Part shown: positions 27,781-37,205 of the stretch, piece by piece
Layout of the letters: every line of letters begins with the position of its first letter
Position numbering within the stretch: the first letter of the stretch is position 1
Origin: Gammaproteobacteria bacterium
GTDB lineage: Bacteria; Pseudomonadota; Gammaproteobacteria; Natronospirales; REEB76
NCBI GenBank assembly: GCA_049591455.1
Contig: JBAWFA010000012.1
Location: 71,824 to 135,823 of the forward strand
Length of the DNA: 64,000 bases
Direction of reading: 5' to 3'
The notes under the pieces: generated by a model
Told to the model about the DNA's origin: nothing
What the model saw: only the letters and a program-made list of their open reading frames with translations
The model's database searches: none
Made by a program: the position numbers and the translations under genes

Positions 27781-28290
27781 ATGTATAAATGGATCCTGGT
27801 GGTTGTGCTATTGGCCCTCGGCCTGCCTGCGTTCGCGGCTCCGTCGCCTGCCTGCACTGCGCCCGAATATCACCGGCTCAATTTCTGGCTTGGGGACTGG
27901 GACACCTACGAGGCAAACGGCAAGGGTCCGTCGGAGGCACGAAATCGCGTCACGTCTATCCTCGGCGGTTGCGTAATCCTGGAACATTACGAAGGTACGG
28001 ATGGCGCTATCGGAGAGAGCTTCACGATCTATGACGCGTCACGCAAGGTCTGGCACCAGACCTGGGTGACCAACCGTGGTCATCTACTGGTGCTGGAAGG
28101 TGGATTCAAGGGCTATGCGCTCACACTGGAAGGCTCCGACACAGACGCTGACGGCAAGCCGGAGCTGATCCGTGGGGTATGGATGCCGCAACTGGACGGC
28201 GTGCGCGAAACGGCCTATATGTCCAGAGATGGCGGCAAGACCTGGAAGCTGGACTTCGACATTCTGTTCAAGCCGCATCGTGGAAAGTAA
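27781..28290 (+). CDS. Secreted protein, unknown function
   Basis: Signal peptide MYKWILVVVLLALGLPAFA. It starts 12 nt after the previous gene and follows GAGGAAG. Confidence 0.55.
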   Translation: MYKWILVVVLLALGLPAFAAPSPACTAPEYHRLNFWLGDWDTYEANGKGPSEARNRVTSILGGCVILEHYEGTDGAIGESFTIYDASRKVWHQTWVTNRGHLLVLEGGFKGYALTLEGSDTDADGKPELIRGVWMPQLDGVRETAYMSRDGGKTWKLDFDILFKPHRGK

Positions 28291-28315
28291 CAAGCACGAA
28301 GTTTCGAAACTTTAG

Positions 28316-29800
28316 CTATGCGCGATCCAGCAGGTATTGCACCAACAGCGGGACCGGCCGGCCGGTGGCACCCTTTTCGCTACCGCTTTTCCAGGCAGTG
28401 CCGGCAATGTCGAGATGCGCCCAGCGCATGCCTTTGGTGAAGCGCGATAGATAACACGCGGCGGTGATGGCGCCGCCTTCGCGTCCCGCCACATTGGCGA
28501 AATCTGCGAAGTTGCTTTTCAACCCATCCTGGTAATCCTCATACATGGGGAGCTGCCAAGCACGGTCATCGGATTTCTCACCGGCGTTCCACAACTCCTT
28601 CACGAGGCTCTCGTCGTTGCCGAACAGACCGGATACCACGTTGCCCAATGCGATCACGCAGGCGCCGGTGAGCGTCGCCATATCCACGATGGCAGCGGGT
28701 TTGAAACGCTGCGCGTAGGTGAGTGCATCGCATAGAATCAAACGGCCTTCCGCATCGGTGTTGAGGATTTCCACCGTCTGGCCCGACATGGTCTTGACGA
28801 TGTCCGCCGGCTTCACGGCGTTGCCGTCCGGCAGGTTCTCGGAACTGGGCACGACACCCACCAAGTTCATTTTGAGTCCCATTTGCATGACGGCTTTGAT
28901 GGTGCCGAACACACTGGCAGCGCCGCACATGTCGAATTTCATTTCATCCATGGCCGCAGACGGCTTGATGGAGATGCCGCCGGAATCGAAAGTGATGCCT
29001 TTGCCCACCAGCACCTGAGGTTTCGCGCCTTTGGCGCCGCCGTGGTATTCCATGATGATGAGCTTCGCCGGCTGGCGGCTGCCCTGGGATACCGCCAGCA
29101 GCGCGCCCATGCCGAGTTTTTTCATCTGGGCTTCTTCCAACACCGTGACTTTCAGCTTGGCGTTCTTGCCGAGCTTGCGCGCCTCACCGGCGAGATAGCT
29201 AGGCGTGCAGATGTTCGGCGGCAGATTGCCGAGATCTTTCGCGAGCGCCATGCCGGCGGCGATGGCGGCGCCGTCGCGGAGGCCGCGTTCCGCTGTGCGC
29301 AGGTCCTTGCGGTCGGCTACCAACAGTGTCAGTTTCTGCAGCGCCGGTTTGTGCTTTTCGGCTTTGCCCTTGCACTGATCGAAACGGTAGCCGGCGTCTT
29401 CGGCGCATTCCACCGCATGCCGGGCGCGTTGGTAAGCATCGGCATTGGGTAGCGCGAGGGCGGATAGCGTACTGGCTGCGTCCTTGACGCCGCCTTCGTT
29501 GAGGGCGCGTGCCGCCTTATATGCCGCCTTGCGATAGGCACGCAGGTTGAATTCCTTCTCCGCGCCCAGTCCCACCAGCAGGAGCCGCTGACTGGCCATG
29601 CCCGGCACCTGAAACAGCAATAGAGTCTGACTACTGCGTCCTTCGAACGCGCCGCTTTTGACAAGTTTGGTGAGGTAACCGTGGCTGGTCTTATCCAGCG
29701 CCTGCGCCGGCGGGGTGAGCTTGCCGCCGTCAAACACGCCCGCCACCAGACAGGCGGATTTGAGCTGTTTCAGGTCAAGTATGCTCACTGAAAATTGCAT
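28316..29800 (-). CDS. pepA: Leucyl aminopeptidase (M17)
   Basis: NTDAEGRLILCDALTY signature, VGKGITFDSGG, and full-length M17-like sequence. Confidence 0.95.
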   Translation of the reverse strand: MQFSVSILDLKQLKSACLVAGVFDGGKLTPPAQALDKTSHGYLTKLVKSGAFEGRSSQTLLLFQVPGMASQRLLLVGLGAEKEFNLRAYRKAAYKAARALNEGGVKDAASTLSALALPNADAYQRARHAVECAEDAGYRFDQCKGKAEKHKPALQKLTLLVADRKDLRTAERGLRDGAAIAAGMALAKDLGNLPPNICTPSYLAGEARKLGKNAKLKVTVLEEAQMKKLGMGALLAVSQGSRQPAKLIIMEYHGGAKGAKPQVLVGKGITFDSGGISIKPSAAMDEMKFDMCGAASVFGTIKAVMQMGLKMNLVGVVPSSENLPDGNAVKPADIVKTMSGQTVEILNTDAEGRLILCDALTYAQRFKPAAIVDMATLTGACVIALGNVVSGLFGNDESLVKELWNAGEKSDDRAWQLPMYEDYQDGLKSNFADFANVAGREGGAITAACYLSRFTKGMRWAHLDIAGTAWKSGSEKGATGRPVPLLVQYLLDRA

Positions 29801-29908
29801 GTAAATCTCCCTTGAGGTCTCAGGATGATGGGCTGGTATGATTAGCGCCGGTGCGAACCCGGCCGCGTAGCCTGGAGAAAAGCAGGCGCTAGTTTAACGT
29901 ATTAGCAA

Positions 29909-30046
29909 GTTGTTGAAAAACAACCTGGTGGACGGGTACGGGGATGTACCCGCATTTTTCAATCAGTCCAGCCGATTGAAAAATGGAGAAAATCGGAAAT
30001 TGCATTTTCGATTTTCGAGTTAAAAAAGGCCATGCATGGCCTTTTT
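29909..30046. promoter_or_regulatory. Cluster of five consecutive hairpins in the pepA/lptF divergent intergenic region
   Basis: The hairpins are GTTGTT-GAAA-AACAAC (29909-29924); CGGGTAC-6 nt-GTACCCG (29933-29952); CATTTTTCAATC-9 nt-GATTGAAAAATG (29953-29985); GAAAATCG-13 nt-CGATTTTC (29988-30016); and AAAAAAGGCCATG/CATGGCCTTTTT (30022-30046). Confidence 0.5.
30022..30046. terminator. Bidirectional terminator-like hairpin (A6-GGCCATG/CATGGCC-T5) 45 nt upstream of lptF
   Basis: Perfect GC-rich palindrome flanked by an A-run and a T-run. Confidence 0.4.
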
Positions 30047-30090
30047 CAATAAGCTGTTAGATTTGGTTACCGACATCACCGGGAGCCACA

Positions 30091-31200
30091 GTGGCACGCA
30101 TTGTTGACCGTTATCTTGTCCGCGAAACCACACTCACCTGGGCGGCGGTGACCGCCATCCTAATGCTGATTCTGCTCAGCAACCGATTCGCGGTGCTGCT
30201 GGGCGACGCCGCCGCGGGCCAGTTGCCGCGGGACACGGTGTTTGAGTTGCTGGGGCTGGCGTCGGTCAGTTATTTCATCGTGGTGATCCCGGTGGCGTTG
30301 TTTCTGGCGGTGATGCTGGCGCTCGGGCGCCTCTACCGCGACAGCGAAATGACCACGCTCATGGCCTGCGGCGTGAGCCCTGGCCAGATTTATCGGTCGC
30401 TCATGGTCATGGCCGTGGTCCTCGCCATCGTTCTCGCCGGCCTGACGCTGCAAGTGGCGCCCTGGGCGGTGCGGCTCACCACTCTGATCAAAACGTACGG
30501 CCAGCACAACGCCCAGGTGGGCAGCTTCGAATCGGGACGTTTCAAAGTGGATCAGAACGGCCGCGGCGTACTGTATGCGGCGGGCGTAAGCCGGGACGGT
30601 CTTGAGCTGCAAAACGTGTTCATGGAAGGACCGAACAAGCAACGTCTGGACGTGATTTCTGCCAGCAGCGGCACACGTCAGGTGAGCGGTGATCAAGGAA
30701 CCGGTACCCTGGTGCTGCATGACGGCTACCGCTACGACGGCACACCCGGCCACGCAGATTTCCGCATCGTGCAATTTGCCGAGCACGGCATCCGCATTTT
30801 GCCGTCCGAACCCAATCTGGGTCCGGAAGGTTACGGCGCCATGCCGACACACATGTTGTTGCGGTCTCCTGATTTGGGCGCGGTTTCGGAACTCCAATGG
30901 CGCCTGTCGGTGCCCCTGTCCGCGCTGTTGCTGGTGTTTCTGGCCGTGCCGCTGGCGCGTACCTCGCCTCGCCAGGGCCGCTACGGAAAATTGTTCATCG
31001 CCATTCTGGCGTATGTGATTTATTCCAACCTGATAGGTGTCGCGCGAGTTTGGCTGGAGAAAAAGGTTCTCCCTACAGGCATCGGTATTTGGTGGGTCCT
31101 GGTGCTGCTGTTGCTGGCCGCGCTCATTTTACTGTATCAGCAATACGGCTGGCGCGGTCTGTTCTTTCCGCACCGGAGTCGCGCCCATGCTGGTAATTGA
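30091..31200 (+). CDS. lptF: LPS export ABC permease LptF (YjgP/YjgQ family)
   Basis: N-terminus ARIVDRYLVRET, 6-TM topology with a large periplasmic loop, divergent from pepA as in E. coli. Confidence 0.85.
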   Translation: MARIVDRYLVRETTLTWAAVTAILMLILLSNRFAVLLGDAAAGQLPRDTVFELLGLASVSYFIVVIPVALFLAVMLALGRLYRDSEMTTLMACGVSPGQIYRSLMVMAVVLAIVLAGLTLQVAPWAVRLTTLIKTYGQHNAQVGSFESGRFKVDQNGRGVLYAAGVSRDGLELQNVFMEGPNKQRLDVISASSGTRQVSGDQGTGTLVLHDGYRYDGTPGHADFRIVQFAEHGIRILPSEPNLGPEGYGAMPTHMLLRSPDLGAVSELQWRLSVPLSALLLVFLAVPLARTSPRQGRYGKLFIAILAYVIYSNLIGVARVWLEKKVLPTGIGIWWVLVLLLLAALILLYQQYGWRGLFFPHRSRAHAGN

Positions 31201-32251
31201 CCGCCACATCGCCATCCAGGTGATCATCAATACGCTGCTCGTGTTGCTGGTGCTCACCGCGCTTGCCAGCCTCATTACCTTTGTGGGCGAATTCAACAAC
31301 GTGGGCCAGGGCCATTACAGCCTTGCGGATGCGGTTCTGTACACACTGCTGTACATACCCTCACAGGCTTACAGCATGTTCGTGGTGGCGGTGTTGTTAG
31401 GTGCCATGCTGGGGCTGGGCGATCTGGCCGTACACAACGAACTCATGGTAATGCGCACAGCCGGACTTTCGGTGGCGCGCTTGGGTCTGTCCACCATGGC
31501 TGGCGGCGCGGTACTTCTGTTGCTGTGCGTGGTGCTGGGTGAGTTCATTGCACCACCGGCGCAGCGTTATGCCGACAACCGGCGTTCATTGTTGCTGTAC
31601 AACCAGACTAATGTGTTGGGAAGCGGCGGCATCTGGGCCAAGGATGGCGATACCTTTTTGAATGTCAAGCAGATGAACAATCGCAACGGTGCCCAGGGCA
31701 TCTATATCTATCGCATAGACAGCAGCCATCATCTGCTGAGCATTGGCGAAGCGGATTCAGCGGCGTTCAACCAGGGTACTTGGCTGCTCAAGGACCTGCG
31801 GGAAACGAACTTGACAGCCGACGGTGCCAGCATCCGGAATCTTCCCAGTCTCGAATGGCGCACTTTCCTGAGTCCGGGACTGTTGAGCCTGTTCGTGGTG
31901 GACAGCGACAGCCTCTCGGCCCACGGGCTGTATCAATATATAGCATACCTGCGCAGCAACGGGATCAATGCCAACCGCTACATCGCCGCCTTCTGGAGCC
32001 GCGTGGTGCAGCCTTTGTCCCTGCTGGTGATGTTGATCCTGGCGCTGCCATTTGTATTCGGTCCGTTGCGCTCTGCTACCACCGGTCAGAGGCTTGTGAC
32101 CGGCATGCTTATCGGCATAGGGTTCTTCGTGTTCAACAGCATTTTCACCCAGAGCGGCGTGGTATTCGGTCTGAATCCCGTACTCACGGCGTGTCTGCCG
32201 ACGGCGCTGCTCGCCATTATCAGCGGCATCGCGGTGAGCCGCATCCGGTGA
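31187..32251 (+). CDS. lptG: LPS export ABC permease LptG
   Basis: Start set at MLVIDRHIAIQV (ATG 31187), overlapping the lptF end by 14 nt. YjgP/YjgQ-like topology. Confidence 0.85.
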   Translation: MLVIDRHIAIQVIINTLLVLLVLTALASLITFVGEFNNVGQGHYSLADAVLYTLLYIPSQAYSMFVVAVLLGAMLGLGDLAVHNELMVMRTAGLSVARLGLSTMAGGAVLLLLCVVLGEFIAPPAQRYADNRRSLLLYNQTNVLGSGGIWAKDGDTFLNVKQMNNRNGAQGIYIYRIDSSHHLLSIGEADSAAFNQGTWLLKDLRETNLTADGASIRNLPSLEWRTFLSPGLLSLFVVDSDSLSAHGLYQYIAYLRSNGINANRYIAAFWSRVVQPLSLLVMLILALPFVFGPLRSATTGQRLVTGMLIGIGFFVFNSIFTQSGVVFGLNPVLTACLPTALLAIISGIAVSRIR

Positions 32252-32327
32252 GAGAGCGAGGCGTGAGGTACAAAAGATTGGGCGGTGGTGGGGATGAACT
32301 ATCCCCGCCACCCGTCTGACGTCCTTG

Positions 32328-32732
32328 TTATTCGCTCGGACCCGCTGCTTCCAGCACCTCTGCAATGCGTGCTGCGTCCTGGCGAGCGGCATCGAGGCTG
32401 TTGGCATGCAAGGCGCGTTCCGCCATGGTCAGTGCCCGTTCCAGCTTGATATGTGCTGCCGGTGCATGGCCGATATCATTCAACGCCCCATCTCCCATGC
32501 CTTGGCAGGGATCTCCCACCTTCGCATCGAAGCTTTTGCTATTCGGGCCGACAAGGCAGTTGATTACATGATGCAGGTGCATAATGGCCGTGGGCATATC
32601 GCCGGCGGCAGTGCCCATTTTCGCGTGAGTCGTGGCAGTGGAAATTTCTTGATCCGCGTTGCCAGCAAAGCTCAGGGGCGTGATCAGCAGCAGCGCGACG
32701 GCGACCACGAGAGTTAATGTATGTTTCTTCAT
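32328..32732 (-). CDS. Periplasmic helical protein with His/Cys/Met-rich motifs
   Basis: GGAGG SD sequence and signal peptide MKKHTLTLVVAVALLLITPLSFA. Carries MHLHHVINC and GDPCQGMGDG motifs. Confidence 0.5.
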   Translation of the reverse strand: MKKHTLTLVVAVALLLITPLSFAGNADQEISTATTHAKMGTAAGDMPTAIMHLHHVINCLVGPNSKSFDAKVGDPCQGMGDGALNDIGHAPAAHIKLERALTMAERALHANSLDAARQDAARIAEVLEAAGPSE

Positions 32733-32895
32733 GCTTGATTCCTCCAGATGGTTAATTCAAGTCCGACTCTAAGCATTTGCGTGCGCGGATGAGACTGGTG
32801 GGCAACGCACGCGAGTCAGGGTGGGTATTCGGACCTCAAATGATACGCGGGGAAATGGTCATTCTCCATATTTCCGCTGTAGTTTGGCCGCGCCG

Positions 32896-33483
32896 CTAAT
32901 CCTGCCTGGCCCTGCGGATTTTCGGCAGCAGCATCAGGCGGGTGCCTGAGAGGTGGTCGTGCCAGGCCAGCCGATGTGGATCGAAAGCCGGCCATAGGAA
33001 GGCCGCGAGGGCCAGCAGAAAAATCACCGCAGCGGCGGTGTGCAGCATGCTTGTGCCCAGCTGACTATGGGCCTTGATCAGGAACTCGCAGCCCAGCAAG
33101 ATCAGCAGCCAGGGAATCAGCATAGTGAGGTAACGGACGAGTGCGCGATACCAATCCAGCGGCATACCGTCGATACGCACCACCCGCAGGTTCCAGGTGC
33201 GCATGCCGATGGTCTGGCCGCCATGGGTCCAGAAGCCACCGAAGAAGGCAAATCCCAGCGCCAGGAGTCCGAACTGGTAGATCAATTTTACGCCTGCATG
33301 ATGGGCATAAAAGGATTCGAAAGACCTGCCCTGAGTGAAAGGCATGATGAGAAAAGTCGCCAGGATGCAGATGGCGAGCATGATGATGGCATCGTAAAAA
33401 CCCGACGCCAGGCGCCGGAATACTCGTGGCGCGGCGGGCGATGTACAGTCCGTTGCAGGCTGTGAGGAATGGGGCGCATTCAT
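32896..33483 (-). CDS. RDD-family membrane protein
   Basis: RRLASGFYDAIIMLAI N-terminal pattern and 3-4 TM helices. Confidence 0.6.
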   Translation of the reverse strand: MNAPHSSQPATDCTSPAAPRVFRRLASGFYDAIIMLAICILATFLIMPFTQGRSFESFYAHHAGVKLIYQFGLLALGFAFFGGFWTHGGQTIGMRTWNLRVVRIDGMPLDWYRALVRYLTMLIPWLLILLGCEFLIKAHSQLGTSMLHTAAAVIFLLALAAFLWPAFDPHRLAWHDHLSGTRLMLLPKIRRARQD

Positions 33484-33505
33484 GGCTGGGGTTATACCCG
33501 CAAGA

Positions 33506-33581
33506 TGGCGCTCCCTACCGGATTCGAACCGGTGTTTAAGCCTTGAGAGGGCTCCGTCCTAGGCCTCTAGACGAAGGGAGC
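33506..33581 (-). tRNA. tRNA-Glu (anticodon CTC)
   Basis: The reverse complement GCTCCCTTCGTCTAGAGGCCTAGGACGGAGCCCTCTCAAGGCTTAAACACCGGTTCGAATCCGGTAGGGAGCGCCA folds as a cloverleaf: acceptor GCTCCCT/AGGGAGC, anticodon loop CT-CTC-AA, T arm ACCGG-TTCGAAT-CCGGT, and an encoded CCA. Confidence 0.9.
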
Positions 33582-33601
33582 GGGGATATAAAGGGAGTGG
33601 T

Positions 33602-33629
33602 ATTATACGGACACACCGGATTTGCTCAA
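33602..33629 (-). promoter_or_regulatory. Putative sigma70 promoter for tRNA-Glu (TTGAGC-16 nt-TATAAT)
   Basis: A consensus -10 lies about 20 nt upstream of the tRNA 5' end on the minus strand. Confidence 0.4.
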
Positions 33630-33668
33630 GCTCAACATCAAATAAAAAGGCAACCCTCCGGACTCCAC

Positions 33669-35012
33669 GTGAGCAAACAGGAACCCTTCGCCATTTCACC
33701 CGCCATCATTTCCCGCGCCGATCACAATATCTCGCGGGCTCACATTTCCGAAAATGCTCTCAAGGTGCTCTACCGTCTGAAAAGCGCGGGTTACGAGTCC
33801 TATCTGGTGGGCGGCGGTGTGCGTGACCTGCTGCTGGGCCGCGAGCCCAAGGATTTTGATGTGGCCACCGATGCGCGCCCTGAGCAGGTGCACACGCTGT
33901 TCCGAAATTGCCGCATCATCGGCCGGCGCTTCCGGCTCGTGCACGTGCAGTTCGGTCGCGAGATCATCGAGGTGGCGACTTTCCGGGCCAGCCAGCCTGT
34001 CGCTCGTGACGAAGATTCTGATGCAGATGATGCCCGCCACGATAACGGCCGCATCCTGCGCGATAACACTTATGGCACGCTGGAACAGGACGCGTTCCGG
34101 CGCGATTTCACCGTCAACGCGCTTTATTACGATATCCGGGATTTTTCCGTCAAGGATTATGCGGATGGACTCGCCGATTTGCGCAGCGGCATCCTGCGGC
34201 TCATCGGCGATCCGGAAATCCGTTATCACGAGGACCCAGTGCGCATGTTACGCGCGGTGCGCTTTGTGGCGAAGCTCGGATTTCGCATGCATCCGGATAC
34301 TTCCGCACCCATCGCAGCACTCTCGCCGTTGCTGACGGACATCCCGCCGGCACGGGTGTTCGAGGAAATTCTGAAGCTGTTCCTGTACGGGTTCGGAGTG
34401 CAATCCTTCGAAACCCTGCGGCATTACGGCCTGTTCGCCAGGTTGTTCCCAAGCACTGATGCGGTGCTGCATACGGAAGAGCAGGGTTTCCCACACACCT
34501 TCATTGCCAAGGCGCTGGCCAGCACCGATGCGCGCGTGAATGAAGACAAACCTGTCACGCCCGCGTTTCTGTTTGCGGTACTTTTGTGGGAACCGGTGCG
34601 CCAGCAGGCGGGCAGGCTCGAGGCCCAAAGCGTTCCTCCCGGCGAAGCCCTGCGGCGCGCCGCGGACGAAATCGTCTCGGAACAGATTGCCCATGTGGCA
34701 CTGCCGCGCCGCTTCACCACGCCCATGATCGAGGTGTACCAGATGCAGCCGCGCTTTGCGCAGCGGGAAGGCAAGCGGCCTTTGCGCCTGCTGGCCCATC
34801 CGCGATTTCGTGCCGCCTATGATTTCCTGGTGTTGCGTGCCGAAGCGGGCGAAGTGGAGCCGGAGCTGGCTCAATGGTGGACGCGGATTCAGGAAGCCGG
34901 CGCAGACGAGCAGCGCGGCATGCTGACGGCTTCACCGGGGACAGCACTTGGGAGCGGGCGGCGCCGCTCGCGTCATCGAAGGCGGCGCCATGAGAGTTCC
35001 CAGCCGGCTTGA
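33669..35012 (+). CDS. pcnB: Poly(A) polymerase I
   Basis: LKVLYRLKSAGYESYLVGGGVRDLLLGREPKDFDVAT, followed by a basic C-terminal tail. The start is uncertain; I chose GTG 33669 so that the gene does not overlap the tRNA-Glu gene and promoter. Confidence 0.85.
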   Translation: MSKQEPFAISPAIISRADHNISRAHISENALKVLYRLKSAGYESYLVGGGVRDLLLGREPKDFDVATDARPEQVHTLFRNCRIIGRRFRLVHVQFGREIIEVATFRASQPVARDEDSDADDARHDNGRILRDNTYGTLEQDAFRRDFTVNALYYDIRDFSVKDYADGLADLRSGILRLIGDPEIRYHEDPVRMLRAVRFVAKLGFRMHPDTSAPIAALSPLLTDIPPARVFEEILKLFLYGFGVQSFETLRHYGLFARLFPSTDAVLHTEEQGFPHTFIAKALASTDARVNEDKPVTPAFLFAVLLWEPVRQQAGRLEAQSVPPGEALRRAADEIVSEQIAHVALPRRFTTPMIEVYQMQPRFAQREGKRPLRLLAHPRFRAAYDFLVLRAEAGEVEPELAQWWTRIQEAGADEQRGMLTASPGTALGSGRRRSRHRRRRHESSQPA

Positions 35013-35016
35013 CGCA

Positions 35017-35523
35017 ATGCGCGCCAGCATCCGCGTTTACATCGGTCTCGGCAGCAATCTCAATGGTCCTTCTGAACAGTTGTGGCGCGCGTTCACAGAG
35101 CTGGACCAACTCCCCCGCACGCGCATGCTGGCGCGTTCCCACTTATATAAAAGCAAACCGCTGGGTCCCCAGGACCAGCCGGATTACCTGAACGCGGTGG
35201 CGGTGCTGGACACCCGGCTTGAACCGCTGGATCTGTTGCGCATGCTGCGCGAGCTGGAAACACGGCACGGTCGCCGGCGTGCGGAGGAAGCGCGCTGGGG
35301 ATCACGCAGCCTGGACCTGGACATGCTTGTTTACGGCAACATTCGCATGCAGACGCCGGAATTGACGCTGCCACATCCGGGGCTGCATGAACGCAGTTTC
35401 GTCCTGTATCCTCTGGCGGAGGTGGCGCCGGCACTGGTGATTCCGGACCATGGGCCGGTGCAGGCTTTACGCGACCGCTGTCATTCACCTCCGATTGAGA
35501 GGTACGAGAAAACCGATGACTGA
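35017..35523 (+). CDS. folK: 2-amino-4-hydroxy-6-hydroxymethyldihydropteridine pyrophosphokinase
   Basis: VYIGLGSNL, SRLYKSKP-like (SHLYKSKPLGPQDQPDYLN), RWGSRSLDLDML, LTLPHPGLHERSFVL. Confidence 0.85.
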   Translation: MRASIRVYIGLGSNLNGPSEQLWRAFTELDQLPRTRMLARSHLYKSKPLGPQDQPDYLNAVAVLDTRLEPLDLLRMLRELETRHGRRRAEEARWGSRSLDLDMLVYGNIRMQTPELTLPHPGLHERSFVLYPLAEVAPALVIPDHGPVQALRDRCHSPPIERYEKTDD

Positions 35524-36160
35524 TGCCCGGTCCCGTTATCTGGTGGTCGAAGGCCCCATCGGCGTGGGCAAGACCAGCCTTGCCCAGTTGCTGGCGGAAA
35601 CTTTCGGCGCCGAGATGCTGCTGGAGCGTGCGGACGAAAACCCGTTCCTGGAACGCTTCTACCGCGATCCCAAAAACGCCGCGCTGCCCACCCAGTTGTC
35701 GTTCCTGTTCCAGCGCGCACGCCAGTTGCAACAGTTGCGTCAGGGAGACATTTTCACGCCCGCCCGCGTCGCCGATTTCATGCTTGAGAAAGACCGACTG
35801 TTCGCGCAGCTCAATCTGGACGATGACGAGTTCGCACTCTACGAGCAGGTCTATCAGCATCTGGCACTGGATGCGCCGGTGCCGGATCTGGTGGTGTACC
35901 TACAGGCGCCGGTGGACGTGCTGATGCGGCGCGTCTTGCGTCGCGGCGTCTGTTTTGAACAATTCATCCAGCGGGAATACCTGGAACGCGTCGCAGGCGC
36001 CTACGCACATTTCTTTCATTACTACAACCGTTCGCCGCTCTTGATCGTGAATGCCAGCGACATCAACTTGGTGGACAGCGAGGAGGACTACGGGCTGCTG
36101 GTGCGGGAAATCAACCGCGTCAAGAGCGGCCGCCACTATTTCAACCCTTCGGCGCATTAG
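35516..36160 (+). CDS. Deoxynucleoside kinase family protein
   Basis: P-loop VVEGPIGVGKTSLAQLL, ENPFLERFY, and a dNK-like LID region. It overlaps the folK end by 8 nt. Confidence 0.75.
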   Translation: MTDARSRYLVVEGPIGVGKTSLAQLLAETFGAEMLLERADENPFLERFYRDPKNAALPTQLSFLFQRARQLQQLRQGDIFTPARVADFMLEKDRLFAQLNLDDDEFALYEQVYQHLALDAPVPDLVVYLQAPVDVLMRRVLRRGVCFEQFIQREYLERVAGAYAHFFHYYNRSPLLIVNASDINLVDSEEDYGLLVREINRVKSGRHYFNPSAH

Positions 36161-36217
36161 ACTTGATGTTTAAGCCGCTGGCCGTCATGCTGATACGAGG
36201 CAAAACAGGGAATCCGC

Positions 36218-37045
36218 ATGTACACTCAACCTGAAAACCGCAATCAGGCTGAAAGACTCACCATCAGAACGCTGGCGAAAATGAAAGCTGCCGGCGAAAA
36301 GATTGCCTGTCTTACCGCCTATGACGCAAGTTTTGCGACCTTGCTGGATATCGCCGGCGTGGATGTAGTGCTGGTGGGTGATTCACTTGGTAATGTCATC
36401 CAGGGTCATGACACCACCGTGCCCGTGACCATGAACGACATGGTGTATCACGCTCGCTTGGTGCAGCGCAGTCTCAAGCGCGCGTTTTTCATCGTGGACA
36501 TGCCGTTCATGAGTTATCCGGCGCCGGAACGTGCGCTCGATAATGCCGCGCGGCTCATGCAGGAAGCGGGCGCACAGATGGTGAAGCTGGAAGGCAGCGG
36601 CCATCAGGCTGAGATCGTGAGTTATCTCAACGCGAACGGAGTGCCGGTGTGTGCGCATCTCGGTTTGCGTCCCCAGCAGGTACACAAGCTCGGCGGATTC
36701 CCGACCCAGGGACGCGACCAGGCCGCAGCACGGCAGATGCTGGAAGATGCGCTATTGCTGGAGCAGTCCGGTGCCGACATCATCTTATTGGAGAAGATAC
36801 CGAAGGTGCTGGCGGCGGAAATCACCCGCAAGGTAAAGGTACCGGTCATCGGCATCGGGGCCGGCCCCGATGTAGATGGACAGATTCTGGTGCTTTACGA
36901 CATGCTGGACATCACGCCCGGTCGCCGCGCCAGGTTCGTGCGCAATTTCATGCAAGGTGCTGCCAGCCCGCGCGCCGCCGTGGAAGCCTATGTGAAAGCC
37001 GTGAAAGATGGCAGTTATCCTGCTCCGGAACATTGCTTCGACTGA
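36218..37045 (+). CDS. panB: 3-methyl-2-oxobutanoate hydroxymethyltransferase
   Basis: LTAYDASFA, VGDSLGNV.QGH and KLEGG-like motifs, with full-length similarity. Confidence 0.9.
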   Translation: MYTQPENRNQAERLTIRTLAKMKAAGEKIACLTAYDASFATLLDIAGVDVVLVGDSLGNVIQGHDTTVPVTMNDMVYHARLVQRSLKRAFFIVDMPFMSYPAPERALDNAARLMQEAGAQMVKLEGSGHQAEIVSYLNANGVPVCAHLGLRPQQVHKLGGFPTQGRDQAAARQMLEDALLLEQSGADIILLEKIPKVLAAEITRKVKVPVIGIGAGPDVDGQILVLYDMLDITPGRRARFVRNFMQGAASPRAAVEAYVKAVKDGSYPAPEHCFD

Positions 37046-37205
37046 AGGGTGATATCAATCCAGCGTTTTGAGGGAAGGTTTAACCATTGACTCCGTTCGA
37101 CCTGGGCCTGTCGAAGGGCGGTTATCGGCAAACTAATAACAATTCCGTTAATGCTTTGACAGGCTCGGCATGCACGGAATTTGAGGGTTTCCTCAAGCAC
37201 TTTAC

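Noticed and set aside
35093-35860. 255-aa minus-strand ORF
   Set aside because: It is antisense to folK and the deoxynucleoside kinase gene, Pro/Ala/Gly-rich, and has no recognisable motifs.
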